Assembly: GCA_964344575.1 (NCBI GenBank)
Contig: CAYFOA010000009.1
Coordinates: 8,458-72,457 of the forward strand
Reading direction: 5' to 3'
DNA length: 64,000 nt
Source of the DNA: an uncultured Rickettsiales bacterium
GTDB taxonomy: Bacteria > Myxococcota_A > UBA796 > UBA9615
Under the pieces are notes generated by a model. It saw only the letters and a program-made list of their open reading frames with translations. It was not told where the DNA came from and made no database searches. Position 1 is the first letter of the stretch. The number at the start of each line of letters is the position of its first letter. Shown here in pieces: positions 24,031 through 33,158 of this stretch. Made by a program: the position numbers and the translations under genes.

Positions 24031-26439
24031 TCAGAACTCGGCGCGCACACCGATCCACGGGCGAATCGGCAGCTGCCGGAAGATGTACGGCTCCGGAGGC
24101 TCGCCGTCCTCGCCGGCGCCGTAGATCCAGACGAACTGCCCCTGCGCGTACGTTGCGTTGAGGACGTCGAGGTAGACGGCGAGCTTGACCCGCTCCTTGA
24201 TGACGCGGAAGTGCTCGAACCGGAGCGACAGCTCCGTCCACGGGTTGTAGGACTCGCTGTTGTAGGCCTCGGGGACGACGTGCCAGCCGCCGCGGCCGTC
24301 GAGGTCGGGGATCGGCGTGACCGGGGTCCGCGGCCGCCCCGACCGGAGCTCCCACATCCCCGCGATCAGCCAGTTCCGCTTCCGCCCGATCTTCACCTCC
24401 CCCATCACCCGCAGCCCGTGGCGCTGGTCCCACGCCGGCGCGAACGTCTTCGGCCCCGCCTCGTTCAGCGGGTTGGTCCGCTCGGTGGTCAGGAGCGAGT
24501 ACGTGACGGCGAGCCCGACGCGGCCGCGGCGCATCGCGAAGAAGACGTCGATCCCCGACGCCTTCCCCGTCCCGATCGAGGCGTAGGCGGGGCCCCGCTC
24601 GACGGCCGCGCGGGTGTCCGGGTTGACGAGGAGCCGGTCGAGGACGCGATGGTAGGCCTCGACGCGGATCAGTCCCCCGAACGGCAGGAGCTGCTGGACC
24701 CCCGTCGACAGGTGGAGCGCCCGCTCGGCGCGCAGATCCTCTGCGCCGACGTCGGGGTCGAACAGCAGCGGCTCCCGCAGCGGCTGGTGTACGACGGCCC
24801 ACCCCGCCTTGAACGTCGTCATCGTGGGGGCCGTCACCGAGGCCCCCATGCGCGGCGACACGAGCACCTCGCCGGTGTTGTGCAGGGGCGTGACGCGGAC
24901 GCCGCTGCGGACGTTGATCGGCGTCCCGAAGAGCTGCTCCCAGTCGTCCTCCAGGTACAGCGCCAGCTCGGTCCACGCGCGGCTGCTGTCGAAGGTGAGG
25001 CTCGGCGCGCCGAGGTTCGCCCACGGCAGGGCGGCCCACGTCGGGGTGGTGCGGGGGTCCTTGATCGTCCCGTCGCCGCCGACGCTGAAGTACGCGAGGT
25101 CGACGCCGGCGCGGACGTGGTGCGTCTCCCCGACGCGCAGCTCCAGGTCGGAGCGGAACCCGGGCCGCCACGTCCGGATCTCCCGGGAGACCTCGAAGTC
25201 CGCGTCCTGGAGGCGGTTCTCGAAGTCGTGGGTGAAGTAGACGAGGTTCCGCCAGGTCACGTCGTCGTGGAGGCGCCACCGGGAGTCGAGCGCCGCCAGC
25301 GTCGTCCGAGCCCGCGTGTCGATCCCGTTCTCGAGGACCACGACAGCGTCCTCCTCGTCGCCGTCGGGGCTCGCCAGGGTCATGTGGTCGTGGGCGTGGA
25401 GCAGCGTGAACCGGAGCCGGTGCCGCTCGCCGCCGACCGTCACCCGCCCCAGGTACTCGCCGAACGCCATCCCCACGAACTGGTCGCTGAACAGCCCCAC
25501 CGCCCGGAGGAGCGCGAAGTAGGCCTCGAAGAAGGAGCGGCGGGCGCTGAGCAGGAACGTCGCGGGGGACCCCTTCGGGCCCAGCGGGCCGCTGACGTGG
25601 GCGCTGCCCATCGCCATGTTGAGGTCGATGATGCCGTCGACCTCCTCGCTGCTCCCGTCGATGTAGTGGACGTCGAGGCTGCCCGCGAGGCTGTCCCGCC
25701 ACGGCGCGGGCGGCGCGTCGGCGTAGAGCTTCACCCGGTCGGTCAGCTTCGGGTTGAACATCGTGAACGTCCCCCCGAGGTGGTTCGGGTTCAGGAGCTC
25801 GACGTCGTCCAGGTAGAAGGCGGTCTCGGTCGCGTCGCCGCCGCGGACGTGGAACAGGGCGAACATGTCGGTGTCGCTGACGACGCCCGGGAGCTGCCCC
25901 ACGACCTTGGCGACGTCCCCCATCGCGCCGGGGGCGAGCTCGATGTCCCGGCGGGTCAGCTCCCAGGAGCCGCTCACCGCCGACGCGTCGTGCTGCAGCG
26001 GCGCCCGCTCGACCTCCCGCCACGGCTTGCGGCCGATCACGACGGTCTCGTGGCCCACGAGGTCGCCCGCGTCGGCCTCCCCGACCTCGGGCTCGGGCTC
26101 GGGCTCGGGCGCGTCCGCCTCGATCAGCTTGAAGTGGAACCGGTAGTCGATGGCGATCGCGGCCTGCACGCCGTCGATCTCGGCGGGGACGAACTGCATC
26201 CGCCAGCCCGCCTCGACCGCCGCCGCGTCGAGCAGCGGGTGGAGCGACTCCACGACCTCGACCGAGTCCACCACCCCGTCCTCGTCGATCCCGATGCGGA
26301 GGAGGACGTCGCCCTCGATCCCCTCCTCCGCCACCTCCTCGGGGTAGAGGGGGAGGATCTCCTCCATCAGCACGGGCGCCTTCGTCAGGACCGGCTGCGC
26401 CGCGAGCACGAAGATCAGGGTCGGAATGGCCCGCAGCAC
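24031..26439 (-). CDS. TonB-dependent outer-membrane receptor with an N-terminal TonB C-terminal-like domain
   Basis: Signal peptide, then a TonB_C-like segment (PLYPEEVAEEGIEGDVLLRIGIDEDGVVDSVEVVES...LDAAAVEAGWRMQFVPAEIDG). A plug-like region and a long beta-barrel follow, ending in the aromatic terminal residue (RAEF). Confidence 0.75.
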   Translation of the reverse strand: MLRAIPTLIFVLAAQPVLTKAPVLMEEILPLYPEEVAEEGIEGDVLLRIGIDEDGVVDSVEVVESLHPLLDAAAVEAGWRMQFVPAEIDGVQAAIAIDYRFHFKLIEADAPEPEPEPEVGEADAGDLVGHETVVIGRKPWREVERAPLQHDASAVSGSWELTRRDIELAPGAMGDVAKVVGQLPGVVSDTDMFALFHVRGGDATETAFYLDDVELLNPNHLGGTFTMFNPKLTDRVKLYADAPPAPWRDSLAGSLDVHYIDGSSEEVDGIIDLNMAMGSAHVSGPLGPKGSPATFLLSARRSFFEAYFALLRAVGLFSDQFVGMAFGEYLGRVTVGGERHRLRFTLLHAHDHMTLASPDGDEEDAVVVLENGIDTRARTTLAALDSRWRLHDDVTWRNLVYFTHDFENRLQDADFEVSREIRTWRPGFRSDLELRVGETHHVRAGVDLAYFSVGGDGTIKDPRTTPTWAALPWANLGAPSLTFDSSRAWTELALYLEDDWEQLFGTPINVRSGVRVTPLHNTGEVLVSPRMGASVTAPTMTTFKAGWAVVHQPLREPLLFDPDVGAEDLRAERALHLSTGVQQLLPFGGLIRVEAYHRVLDRLLVNPDTRAAVERGPAYASIGTGKASGIDVFFAMRRGRVGLAVTYSLLTTERTNPLNEAGPKTFAPAWDQRHGLRVMGEVKIGRKRNWLIAGMWELRSGRPRTPVTPIPDLDGRGGWHVVPEAYNSESYNPWTELSLRFEHFRVIKERVKLAVYLDVLNATYAQGQFVWIYGAGEDGEPPEPYIFRQLPIRPWIGVRAEF

Positions 26440-26528
26440 GTCGCTAGCGTACGACCGCGGCTTGCGATCCGTCGGGTCTTTCCTCTATACAGTCGCGCGC
26501 TCGGAGTCCCGAGCCTGGGAGATGCGAG

Positions 26529-26891
26529 ATGACGCCGGAGCGGCTGGAGTTCTTCCGCAACCTGCTGAACGAGCGCCTGGACGCGCTCATCAAGGACGCC
26601 GAGAGTGGGGTCGGCGATCTGGTCTCCGAGAAGGAGAACCTGCCGGACTCCATCGATCTCGCGACCCATGAGTCCAACCGCGACTTCACGCTGCGGATGC
26701 GGGATCGGGAGCGCAAGCTCATCTACAAGATCCGCGAGGCGATCCACCGGATCGACGAGGGCGAGTACGGCGAGTGCGTCGTCTGCGGCGAGGACATCTC
26801 CGAGGGCCGGCTGCTCGCGCGCCCCGTGACCACGCACTGCATCGACTGCAAGACCGAGGCCGAGCAGCAGGAGCGCGTCCGCGGCCTGTAG
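26529..26891 (+). CDS. dksA: DksA/TraR-family C4 zinc-finger transcription factor
   Basis: 120 aa with a coiled-coil and CVVCGEDI...CIDCK. Confidence 0.9.
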   Translation: MTPERLEFFRNLLNERLDALIKDAESGVGDLVSEKENLPDSIDLATHESNRDFTLRMRDRERKLIYKIREAIHRIDEGEYGECVVCGEDISEGRLLARPVTTHCIDCKTEAEQQERVRGL

Positions 26892-26901
26892 CAGCCCCCC
26901 G

Positions 26902-29385
26902 GTGGCCGTCGCCGAGCTCGCGATCCCCCTGCCCGCGCCGGGCAGCTTCCACTACACCGTCCCCGACGATCTCGAGGAGTCGCTCCGCGTGGGCCACGTC
27001 GTCCACGTCCCGTTCGGGAGCCGGCGGCTCACGGGGTACGTCCTCGACCCCGACTCCGACGACGAGCTCCCCGACGGCACGAAGCTCCGCGCCATCGCCG
27101 GCCTGGCCCTCCCCGACCCGCTCTTCGGCGACGACGTCGTCCCCCTCTTCCGGTGGATCGCGCGCTACTACGCCCACCCCCTCGGCGACGTCGTCCGGAC
27201 GGCGCTCCCCGCGTCCACCCGGACGGCCACCCGGACGGTGGTCCGGCGCCTCCCCGAGGGGGCCCAGCCGTCGCTGCTCCACGACCCCGAGATCTCCGCG
27301 CTGCTCGGCCGCCTCGCCGCGTCGCCGTCGCACACCCTGACCCGGAACGCGCTGCTGCGGCGCGACAAGGTCCCCGCCGCGGCCATCGACCGCGCCGCCC
27401 GCCAGGGGCTCGTCGAGGTGCTCCAGGAGGAGGGCCAGCACGTCGCCCAGGTGCGGACCGAGCCGTGGTACGCGCTCAAGGACACGGCCCGCGCGACCAA
27501 GGACGCGTTCGCCCGCAAGGGGCCCGTCCGCGACCGCCTGATCGACTGGCTGGAGCGCTTCGGGCCCGTCTCCCGGGCGGCGCTGAGCGACGCGTTCCCG
27601 ACGTTCTCGGGGCCGCTGCGGCAGCTGCTCCAGGCGGAGCTGCTGGACGTCGAGGAGCGGCGCCTCGACCCGCTCGCGGCGGAGCGCGTGACGATCCTCG
27701 ATCGCGACCGCGTCCCCCACCCGCCGACGCCCGGGCAGCAGGCCGCGCTCGACGCGATCGCCCCGGCCCTGAACGGCGGCGAGTTCGCCTCGTTCCTGCT
27801 CCACGGGGTGACGGGCTCGGGCAAGACCGAGGTCTACCTCCGGCTGGCCGGCGACGTCCTCGCCGCCGGCGGCTCGGCCCTCCTGATGGTCCCCGAGATC
27901 GGGCTGACGCCGCAGTTCCTCGCCCGCTTCCGGGCGCGGTTCGGGGACGAGGTGGTCGGCGTCCTCCACAGCGGGCTCACCGACCGCGAGCGGTTCGACG
28001 AGTGGGTCCGCATCCGCGACGGGGTCGCGCGGCTCGTGGTGGGGCCGCGGTCGGCGGTCTTCGCGCCCGTCCGGGACCTCCGCCTCGTCGTCGTCGACGA
28101 GGAGCACGACGGCTCCTACAAGCAGGAGGACGGGCTCCGCTACAACGCCCGCGACGTCGCCCTCGTCCGCGCCTCGAAGGCCGGGGCGGTGGCCGTCCTG
28201 GGGAGCGCGACGCCGGCGCTGGAGACGTACGTCGCGGCCCGCGACGACGGGCGCCACACGCTCCTGCTGCTCCCTTCCCGGGTCGCCGGGCGGGCGATGC
28301 CGGACGTCGAGCTGGTCGACCTCCGCGAGTACCCCGTCGACGACCCCGACTCCCCCGCCGCGGCCTTGTCGCCGCCGCTGCGGGAGGCGCTGGAGGCGAA
28401 CCACGCGGTCGGCGGCCAGGCGATCCTCCTGCTGAACCGGCGCGGGTTCGCGACGACCGTCCTGTGCACGGCCTGCGGCGTCCACTTCCGCTGCGCCGAC
28501 TGCGACGTCTCGATGACGTACCACGCCCGCCGCCACGCGGTGATGTGCCACTGGTGCGGATCCTGGCAGCAGCTCCCGGACCGCTGCCCCACCTGCCACG
28601 ACCCCCAGTCGCTGAAGGCGGCGGGCCGGGGGACGGAGCGGCTGGAGGAGGAGATGCTGGCGCTCTGGCCGGACCTCCGGGTCGACCGGATGGACGCCGA
28701 CACGACGCGGTCGCGGGCGGGCCACCGCCGGATCCTCGACCGGTTCGGCGCCGGCGAGGTCGACGTCCTCGTGGGGACGCAGATGGTGGCCAAGGGGCAC
28801 GACTTCCCGAGGGTCACCCTCGTCGGGGTGCTGCACGCGGACGCGGCCCTGCACCTGCCGGACTTCCGCGCGAGCGAGCGGACGTTCCAGCTCGTCTCCC
28901 AGGTGGCCGGCCGGGCGGGGCGGGGGGAGCTGTCCGGCCGCGTCCTCGTGCAGACGTGGCACCCCGACCACCACGCGATCCGGCTCGCCCTCACGCACGA
29001 CTTCGTCGGGTTCGCGGAGCGCGAGGAGCGGCTCCGGCGGGGCCTGATGTACCCCCCCTTCAGCCGCCTCCTGATGTTCCGCGTCTCGGCGACGAACGAG
29101 CGCGCGGCCCAGCAGGCGGCGCGGCACGTCCGCTCCCGCGTGGACGAGGCGGGGCGGTCGGCGGCTCGGAGCAAGGGCGACCTCCGCGTGCTCGGGCCCG
29201 CCGTCTCCCCGATGTACAAGCTGCGCGGCCGGTTCCGGTGGCAGGTCCTCGTCAAGGGCGCGGACCACGGCGCGATCAGCCGGCTGCTCCACGCCCTCCA
29301 ACCCGATCGGTTGCATCAGGAAGTTGCGAAGGCAGGGCGCGGGGCTAGGCTGGCGGTCGACCGGGACCCGGGTTCCTTCCTCTAG
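26902..29385 (+). CDS. priA: Primosomal protein N' (replication restart helicase PriA)
   Basis: 827 aa with a DEAH-box helicase core and the PriA Cys-rich zinc-binding insert (CTACGVHFRCADC...CHWCG...CPTCHD). Confidence 0.9.
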   Translation: MAVAELAIPLPAPGSFHYTVPDDLEESLRVGHVVHVPFGSRRLTGYVLDPDSDDELPDGTKLRAIAGLALPDPLFGDDVVPLFRWIARYYAHPLGDVVRTALPASTRTATRTVVRRLPEGAQPSLLHDPEISALLGRLAASPSHTLTRNALLRRDKVPAAAIDRAARQGLVEVLQEEGQHVAQVRTEPWYALKDTARATKDAFARKGPVRDRLIDWLERFGPVSRAALSDAFPTFSGPLRQLLQAELLDVEERRLDPLAAERVTILDRDRVPHPPTPGQQAALDAIAPALNGGEFASFLLHGVTGSGKTEVYLRLAGDVLAAGGSALLMVPEIGLTPQFLARFRARFGDEVVGVLHSGLTDRERFDEWVRIRDGVARLVVGPRSAVFAPVRDLRLVVVDEEHDGSYKQEDGLRYNARDVALVRASKAGAVAVLGSATPALETYVAARDDGRHTLLLLPSRVAGRAMPDVELVDLREYPVDDPDSPAAALSPPLREALEANHAVGGQAILLLNRRGFATTVLCTACGVHFRCADCDVSMTYHARRHAVMCHWCGSWQQLPDRCPTCHDPQSLKAAGRGTERLEEEMLALWPDLRVDRMDADTTRSRAGHRRILDRFGAGEVDVLVGTQMVAKGHDFPRVTLVGVLHADAALHLPDFRASERTFQLVSQVAGRAGRGELSGRVLVQTWHPDHHAIRLALTHDFVGFAEREERLRRGLMYPPFSRLLMFRVSATNERAAQQAARHVRSRVDEAGRSAARSKGDLRVLGPAVSPMYKLRGRFRWQVLVKGADHGAISRLLHALQPDRLHQEVAKAGRGARLAVDRDPGSFL

Positions 29386-29452
29386 CTTGACGGAGCCGGC
29401 CATCCCTGGGAGGTTGTATCCAACCGGGTAGAGGGGCTGGAGAGTTGCGCGC

Positions 29453-29998
29453 GTGTCGATGACGCACCCCAAGGTTCTGCTCGCCGAACCGCACAAGGAG
29501 CTGCGCGAAGCCCTCGAGGAGGCGCTCGGGGACGTCTTCGAGATCCTCCCCGCGCGGACGGTCAGCGGCGCCGCGCTGGGCTTCGAGCGGCACCAGCCGC
29601 CGGCGGTCCTGATCGCGATGAAGCAGTCCGAGGGCAACGGCCTCGAGCTGTGCCAGAAGCTCCGGAGCAACGCCGCCCACCGCGCCTACATCGTCGTCTA
29701 CGGCACGATGCCGGACCTCGACGAGGAGGTCCTCAGCGGGGACATCCGGAAGCGCTACGGCTGCGACCGCTACATGCCCCGCGGCGTCACCATCAAGCGC
29801 CTCCACGAGCTGCTCACGACCCAGCTCCGGCTGGGCTGGCGGGCGATGGACAGCGGCCCGGTGCTGAAGGAGGTCGACACGAGCGAGCCCCCGCCGCCGC
29901 GGTGGAGCCACCCGATGACGTCGACGGACGTGGTCTCAGCGAAGCGCGAGGAGGAGGAGACGAGCAGCGGCATCTTCCGCCGCATCTTCAAGCGGTAG
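29453..29998 (+). CDS. Degenerate receiver-domain (pseudo-response-regulator) protein
   Basis: CheY-like layout (KVLLAE..., VLIAMKQSEGNGLELCQKLR, IVVYGTMPD), but the acidic pair, the phospho-acceptor Asp (replaced by Ala) and the conserved Lys are missing. Confidence 0.55.
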   Translation: MSMTHPKVLLAEPHKELREALEEALGDVFEILPARTVSGAALGFERHQPPAVLIAMKQSEGNGLELCQKLRSNAAHRAYIVVYGTMPDLDEEVLSGDIRKRYGCDRYMPRGVTIKRLHELLTTQLRLGWRAMDSGPVLKEVDTSEPPPPRWSHPMTSTDVVSAKREEEETSSGIFRRIFKR

Positions 29999-30011
29999 CG
30001 CCCGCCGCGCC

Positions 30012-31181
30012 TCAGCCGCGCTTCCCGACCTTCCCCTTGCTGCTCCGGCGCTCCTTCTCCTTGCGGACCTGCTCGATCCGGTCCGACGCGCGCTTGAACT
30101 TGGGGTACGTCTCCAGGCTCTTCTCGAACAGCACGATCGCCTCGTCGTAGCGCCGCGCGCGCCGCTCCAGCATCCCCAACCGGTAGTACGCGTGGGCCGC
30201 GTAGACGGGCAGCGGGTCCGTGCCGAGGTACTTGCGGTAGGCCTCGCGGGCGGCGTCGTTGTTCTTGCGGGACTTGTAGTGGACCTCGCCGACGTGGAAC
30301 AGGACGCGGTCGTTGGTGGGGTCGATCTCGGCGACCCGCTCGAACGCCGCCAGGGCCTCGGGGTACTTCTTCGCCTGCCGGTAGACGCGCCCCACCGTCA
30401 TCTCGACGAGCAGGTTGTCCGGGTACTCCGACCGCGCCCACTCGGCCTCCGCGATCGCCCGGTCCCAGTCCTTGGACTCCATGTACGAGTAGACGAGGAC
30501 GAGGCTGGCGGGGCCGCGCGCGAGCAGCCCCTGCTCCTTCGCGAGGACCATCTGGGCGAGCCCCTCGTCGCGCTTGTCGCCGAAGTCCGGCAGCGCCCGG
30601 ACCTGCTCCGTGATCGCCGTCCGCCAGTAGTTGTAGAGCCCCAGCGCGAGCTGGACGTCGACGAACTCCGGCGCCAGCTTCTCCACCTTCTGGATGTACT
30701 CCAGCGCCTCCCACGCCTTGTCGAAGGCCGGCAGGTACCGCTCCTTGCGGATGTCGTACATCGCGTCCACGCCGAGGTGGACGGCGGTGAGGAAGTAGAT
30801 CCAGGCCTTGTTGTCGCGCGACTTGCTCGCCCGCTTCAGCCGCTCCGCCGCGTCGCTGTACTCGCCCAGGTAGGCCCGCTCGTACTTGAAGTCGTAGTTC
30901 TCGAACATCCACGCCTGCCACACGAGGCCGCGTCCGATGGGGCCGACGGGGCTGTCGGGGAAGTCGATCCCCATCTCCTCGAAGACCTCCAGCGACTCCA
31001 TGTAGCGACGCTGGTAGAGCAGGTCCATCCCCTCCTGGGTCATGGCGAACTCGGGGCGGCTCACGCCGAGGGGGTTCTCGCCGGTGAAGTTCTTGCCCGA
31101 CGGCGACTTCGGCCGCGCCAGCGCGGACGCCGGGAGGAGGGTGGCGAGGGCGAGCAGGGCGAGGAGGAGGCGTGGGGCCAT
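30012..31181 (-). CDS. Secreted TPR-repeat protein
   Basis: The true start is the internal ATG at 31181, overlapping the gshB stop (TGATG). Signal peptide MAPRLLLALLALATLLPASALA, then multiple TPR-like repeats. The N-terminal 500 aa of the 907-aa track ORF is an Arg/Pro-rich artefact antisense to gshB. Confidence 0.7.
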   Translation of the reverse strand: MAPRLLLALLALATLLPASALARPKSPSGKNFTGENPLGVSRPEFAMTQEGMDLLYQRRYMESLEVFEEMGIDFPDSPVGPIGRGLVWQAWMFENYDFKYERAYLGEYSDAAERLKRASKSRDNKAWIYFLTAVHLGVDAMYDIRKERYLPAFDKAWEALEYIQKVEKLAPEFVDVQLALGLYNYWRTAITEQVRALPDFGDKRDEGLAQMVLAKEQGLLARGPASLVLVYSYMESKDWDRAIAEAEWARSEYPDNLLVEMTVGRVYRQAKKYPEALAAFERVAEIDPTNDRVLFHVGEVHYKSRKNNDAAREAYRKYLGTDPLPVYAAHAYYRLGMLERRARRYDEAIVLFEKSLETYPKFKRASDRIEQVRKEKERRSSKGKVGKRG

Positions 31182-32122
31182 CAGGCGCTCCGGCGGGCGA
31201 GCACGGCGTCGATGATGTCGGCGTCGATGCGGGTTCCGTACAGCGCGGTGCACTCCTGGATGCCCGTCGGCGAGGTCACGTTGACCTCCGTCAAGGCGTC
31301 GCCGATCACGTCGATGCCGGTGAAGATCATCCCCCGGCTCGCCAGGTACGGCTTCAGTCGCTCGCAGATGTGCAGGTCGCGCGGCGTCATCTCGCAGGCT
31401 TCGACGGCGGCCCCCACGTGCATATTTCCCCGGTAGTCGTCTTCGGGCGGGATTCGTGCGAAGCAGCCCTTCGGTACGCCGTTGACGAGGATGATGCGCT
31501 TGTCCCCGGTCGACTCGATCTCGTCGACGAAGGCCTGCACCATCACGTGGTCGAGCCCGTCCCGGGTGGACGTCTCCAGGATGGAGTTGAAGTTCCGGTC
31601 CCCCTCGTGGAGCACGAAGATCCCGCGGCCGCCGTTGCCGTCCCACGGCTTGATTACGGCCTTGCCCCCGACCTCTGCCGTGAACGCCTTGATCTTCTGC
31701 ATGTCGCGCGTGACCAGCGTCGGCGGGATCAGGTCCGGGAAGCGGAGGATGAACATCTTCTCGTTGGCGTCGCGGAGCCCCGCCGGGTCGTTGACGACGA
31801 CGGCGTGCTGCGCGGCGACGTCGAGCATGTAGGTGCAGAACACGTAGCCCATGTCGAAGGGCGGGTCGGTCCGCTTGAACACCGCGTCGAGCTGGCTGCT
31901 CCGGACCGTCGCCGTCTCGAGGACGTCTGCGACCTTGGGGCGGGGGCCGACCTGCAGCCGCGAGGCGCGGGCGAGGAACTCCCCGTCCCGGGTCCAGCAG
32001 TCCTGCCAAAGGCAATGCCAGACCTCGCCTCCGCGAGCCTGCCACTCGAGCATCAGGGCGTACGAGCTGTCCTTGTCGACGTGGACGGTGGACAGCGGAT
32101 CCATGACGAACAGCGCGCGCAT
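31181..32122 (-). CDS. gshB: Glutathione synthetase (prokaryotic ATP-grasp)
   Basis: 313 aa with a GshB-like N-terminus (MRALFVMDPLSTVHVDKDSSYALMLEWQARG) and ATP-grasp motifs (IKPWDGNGGRGIFV). Confidence 0.88.
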   Translation of the reverse strand: MRALFVMDPLSTVHVDKDSSYALMLEWQARGGEVWHCLWQDCWTRDGEFLARASRLQVGPRPKVADVLETATVRSSQLDAVFKRTDPPFDMGYVFCTYMLDVAAQHAVVVNDPAGLRDANEKMFILRFPDLIPPTLVTRDMQKIKAFTAEVGGKAVIKPWDGNGGRGIFVLHEGDRNFNSILETSTRDGLDHVMVQAFVDEIESTGDKRIILVNGVPKGCFARIPPEDDYRGNMHVGAAVEACEMTPRDLHICERLKPYLASRGMIFTGIDVIGDALTEVNVTSPTGIQECTALYGTRIDADIIDAVLARRSA

Positions 32123-32142
32123 CTGCCTTATCTTGCCGCAAC

Positions 32143-32775
32143 GTGCGCGTCGCGGGGCCGGTCCTGGTTTGCCTGATGCTGCTGGTGCCGGCGGTGATCA
32201 GCGCCCATGTCGTGCGTTTTCCGCGGGTCGTGCACGTCCTCGTGGAGCCCGAGCGGATCGCCGTGGCGGTGGGGGTGAAGCGGCACGCGGGGCCGTCGGC
32301 GCAGCGGATCCGGGCGCGCTTCGACCTCGACGGCGACGGCGCCCTGAACGATCTCGAACGGGGCGACCTCGCCCGCTGGCTGGACGCCAAGGCGCGGCCG
32401 AACCTCCGCCTCACCCTGGACGACGTCCCCGTCCGGATGGAGCAGACCGAGTCGCAGCTCGACCTCCTCGGGGTGCCGACCACGTTCGAGGGGGACGGGC
32501 TGACGTTCCGCTCGGTGACGGAGACGAACGTGGTGTTGCGGCCCGGGGTCCACACGCTCGTGATCGCGGACGCGCCCGAGAACGAAGGCGATCTCGTGCC
32601 CTGGCGGATCGACCTCCCCGAGGGCTGGACCATCACCGCGGCGGAGGCGACGGAGCTGGCCACGCCGCCCGTCCGCGCCGGCGAGCGGAGCTGGCAGGCG
32701 GCGTTCTCGGGGACCGGCGGCGAGGTCACGATCACGATCGAGGTCCCCGGTCGGGTAGGATCCGCCGAGCCGTGA
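32143..32775 (+). CDS. Secreted hypothetical protein
   Basis: GTG start, signal peptide RVAGPVLVCLMLLVPAVISA, 210 aa. It is the first gene of a four-gene coupled array. Confidence 0.55.
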   Translation: MRVAGPVLVCLMLLVPAVISAHVVRFPRVVHVLVEPERIAVAVGVKRHAGPSAQRIRARFDLDGDGALNDLERGDLARWLDAKARPNLRLTLDDVPVRMEQTESQLDLLGVPTTFEGDGLTFRSVTETNVVLRPGVHTLVIADAPENEGDLVPWRIDLPEGWTITAAEATELATPPVRAGERSWQAAFSGTGGEVTITIEVPGRVGSAEP

Positions 32776-33158
32776 CGCGTTTGCTGCTGCTGCTGGGGTG
32801 CCTCCTGTTCGCCGTCGGGTGCGGGCCGATCCGCTCGACCGTCGGCATCATCCAGGCCGACCAGGTGATCAAGGAGGCGCGCCAGGCGGGGGCCGAGCGG
32901 AACGCGCCGTACCCCATGCGGATCGCCGAGGAGCTCATCCGGAAGGCCGTCGAGGAGCAGGGGTACGCCGACTACTACCAGTCGTGGCTGCTCGCGAAGG
33001 AGGCGCGCAAGTACGCCGAGGAGGCGCTCGCCGCGCCGCCCGCGCCCGAGCCGCCGCCGGTCGTCGATCCGCCGCCCGAGGCCGTGGACGGGTTCCCGCC
33101 CGTGCCCGCCGACCCGCCTGCGTCCGAGAACGAGAACGAGAACGGGGTGCCGGAGTGA
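32772..33158 (+). CDS. Small helical lipoprotein (possibly DUF4398-like, the type often found next to OmpA-family genes)
   Basis: The GTG overlaps the upstream TGA (GTGA). Lipobox LLFAVGC, then helical A/E/K-rich segments and a Pro-rich tail. Confidence 0.55.
   Translation: MTRLLLLLGCLLFAVGCGPIRSTVGIIQADQVIKEARQAGAERNAPYPMRIAEELIRKAVEEQGYADYYQSWLLAKEARKYAEEALAAPPAPEPPPVVDPPPEAVDGFPPVPADPPASENENENGVPE

Noticed and set aside
29386-29452. Possible sigma70-like promoter (TTGACG at about 29387) upstream of the pseudo-receiver gene.
   Set aside because: No acceptable -10 hexamer at 16-19 nt spacing. It was kept out of the feature list.
30012-32735. 907-aa track ORF on the minus strand.
   Set aside because: Only the last 390 codons (from the ATG at 31181) form a real signal-peptide TPR protein. 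The upstream part runs antisense through gshB and reads as Arg/Pro low complexity.
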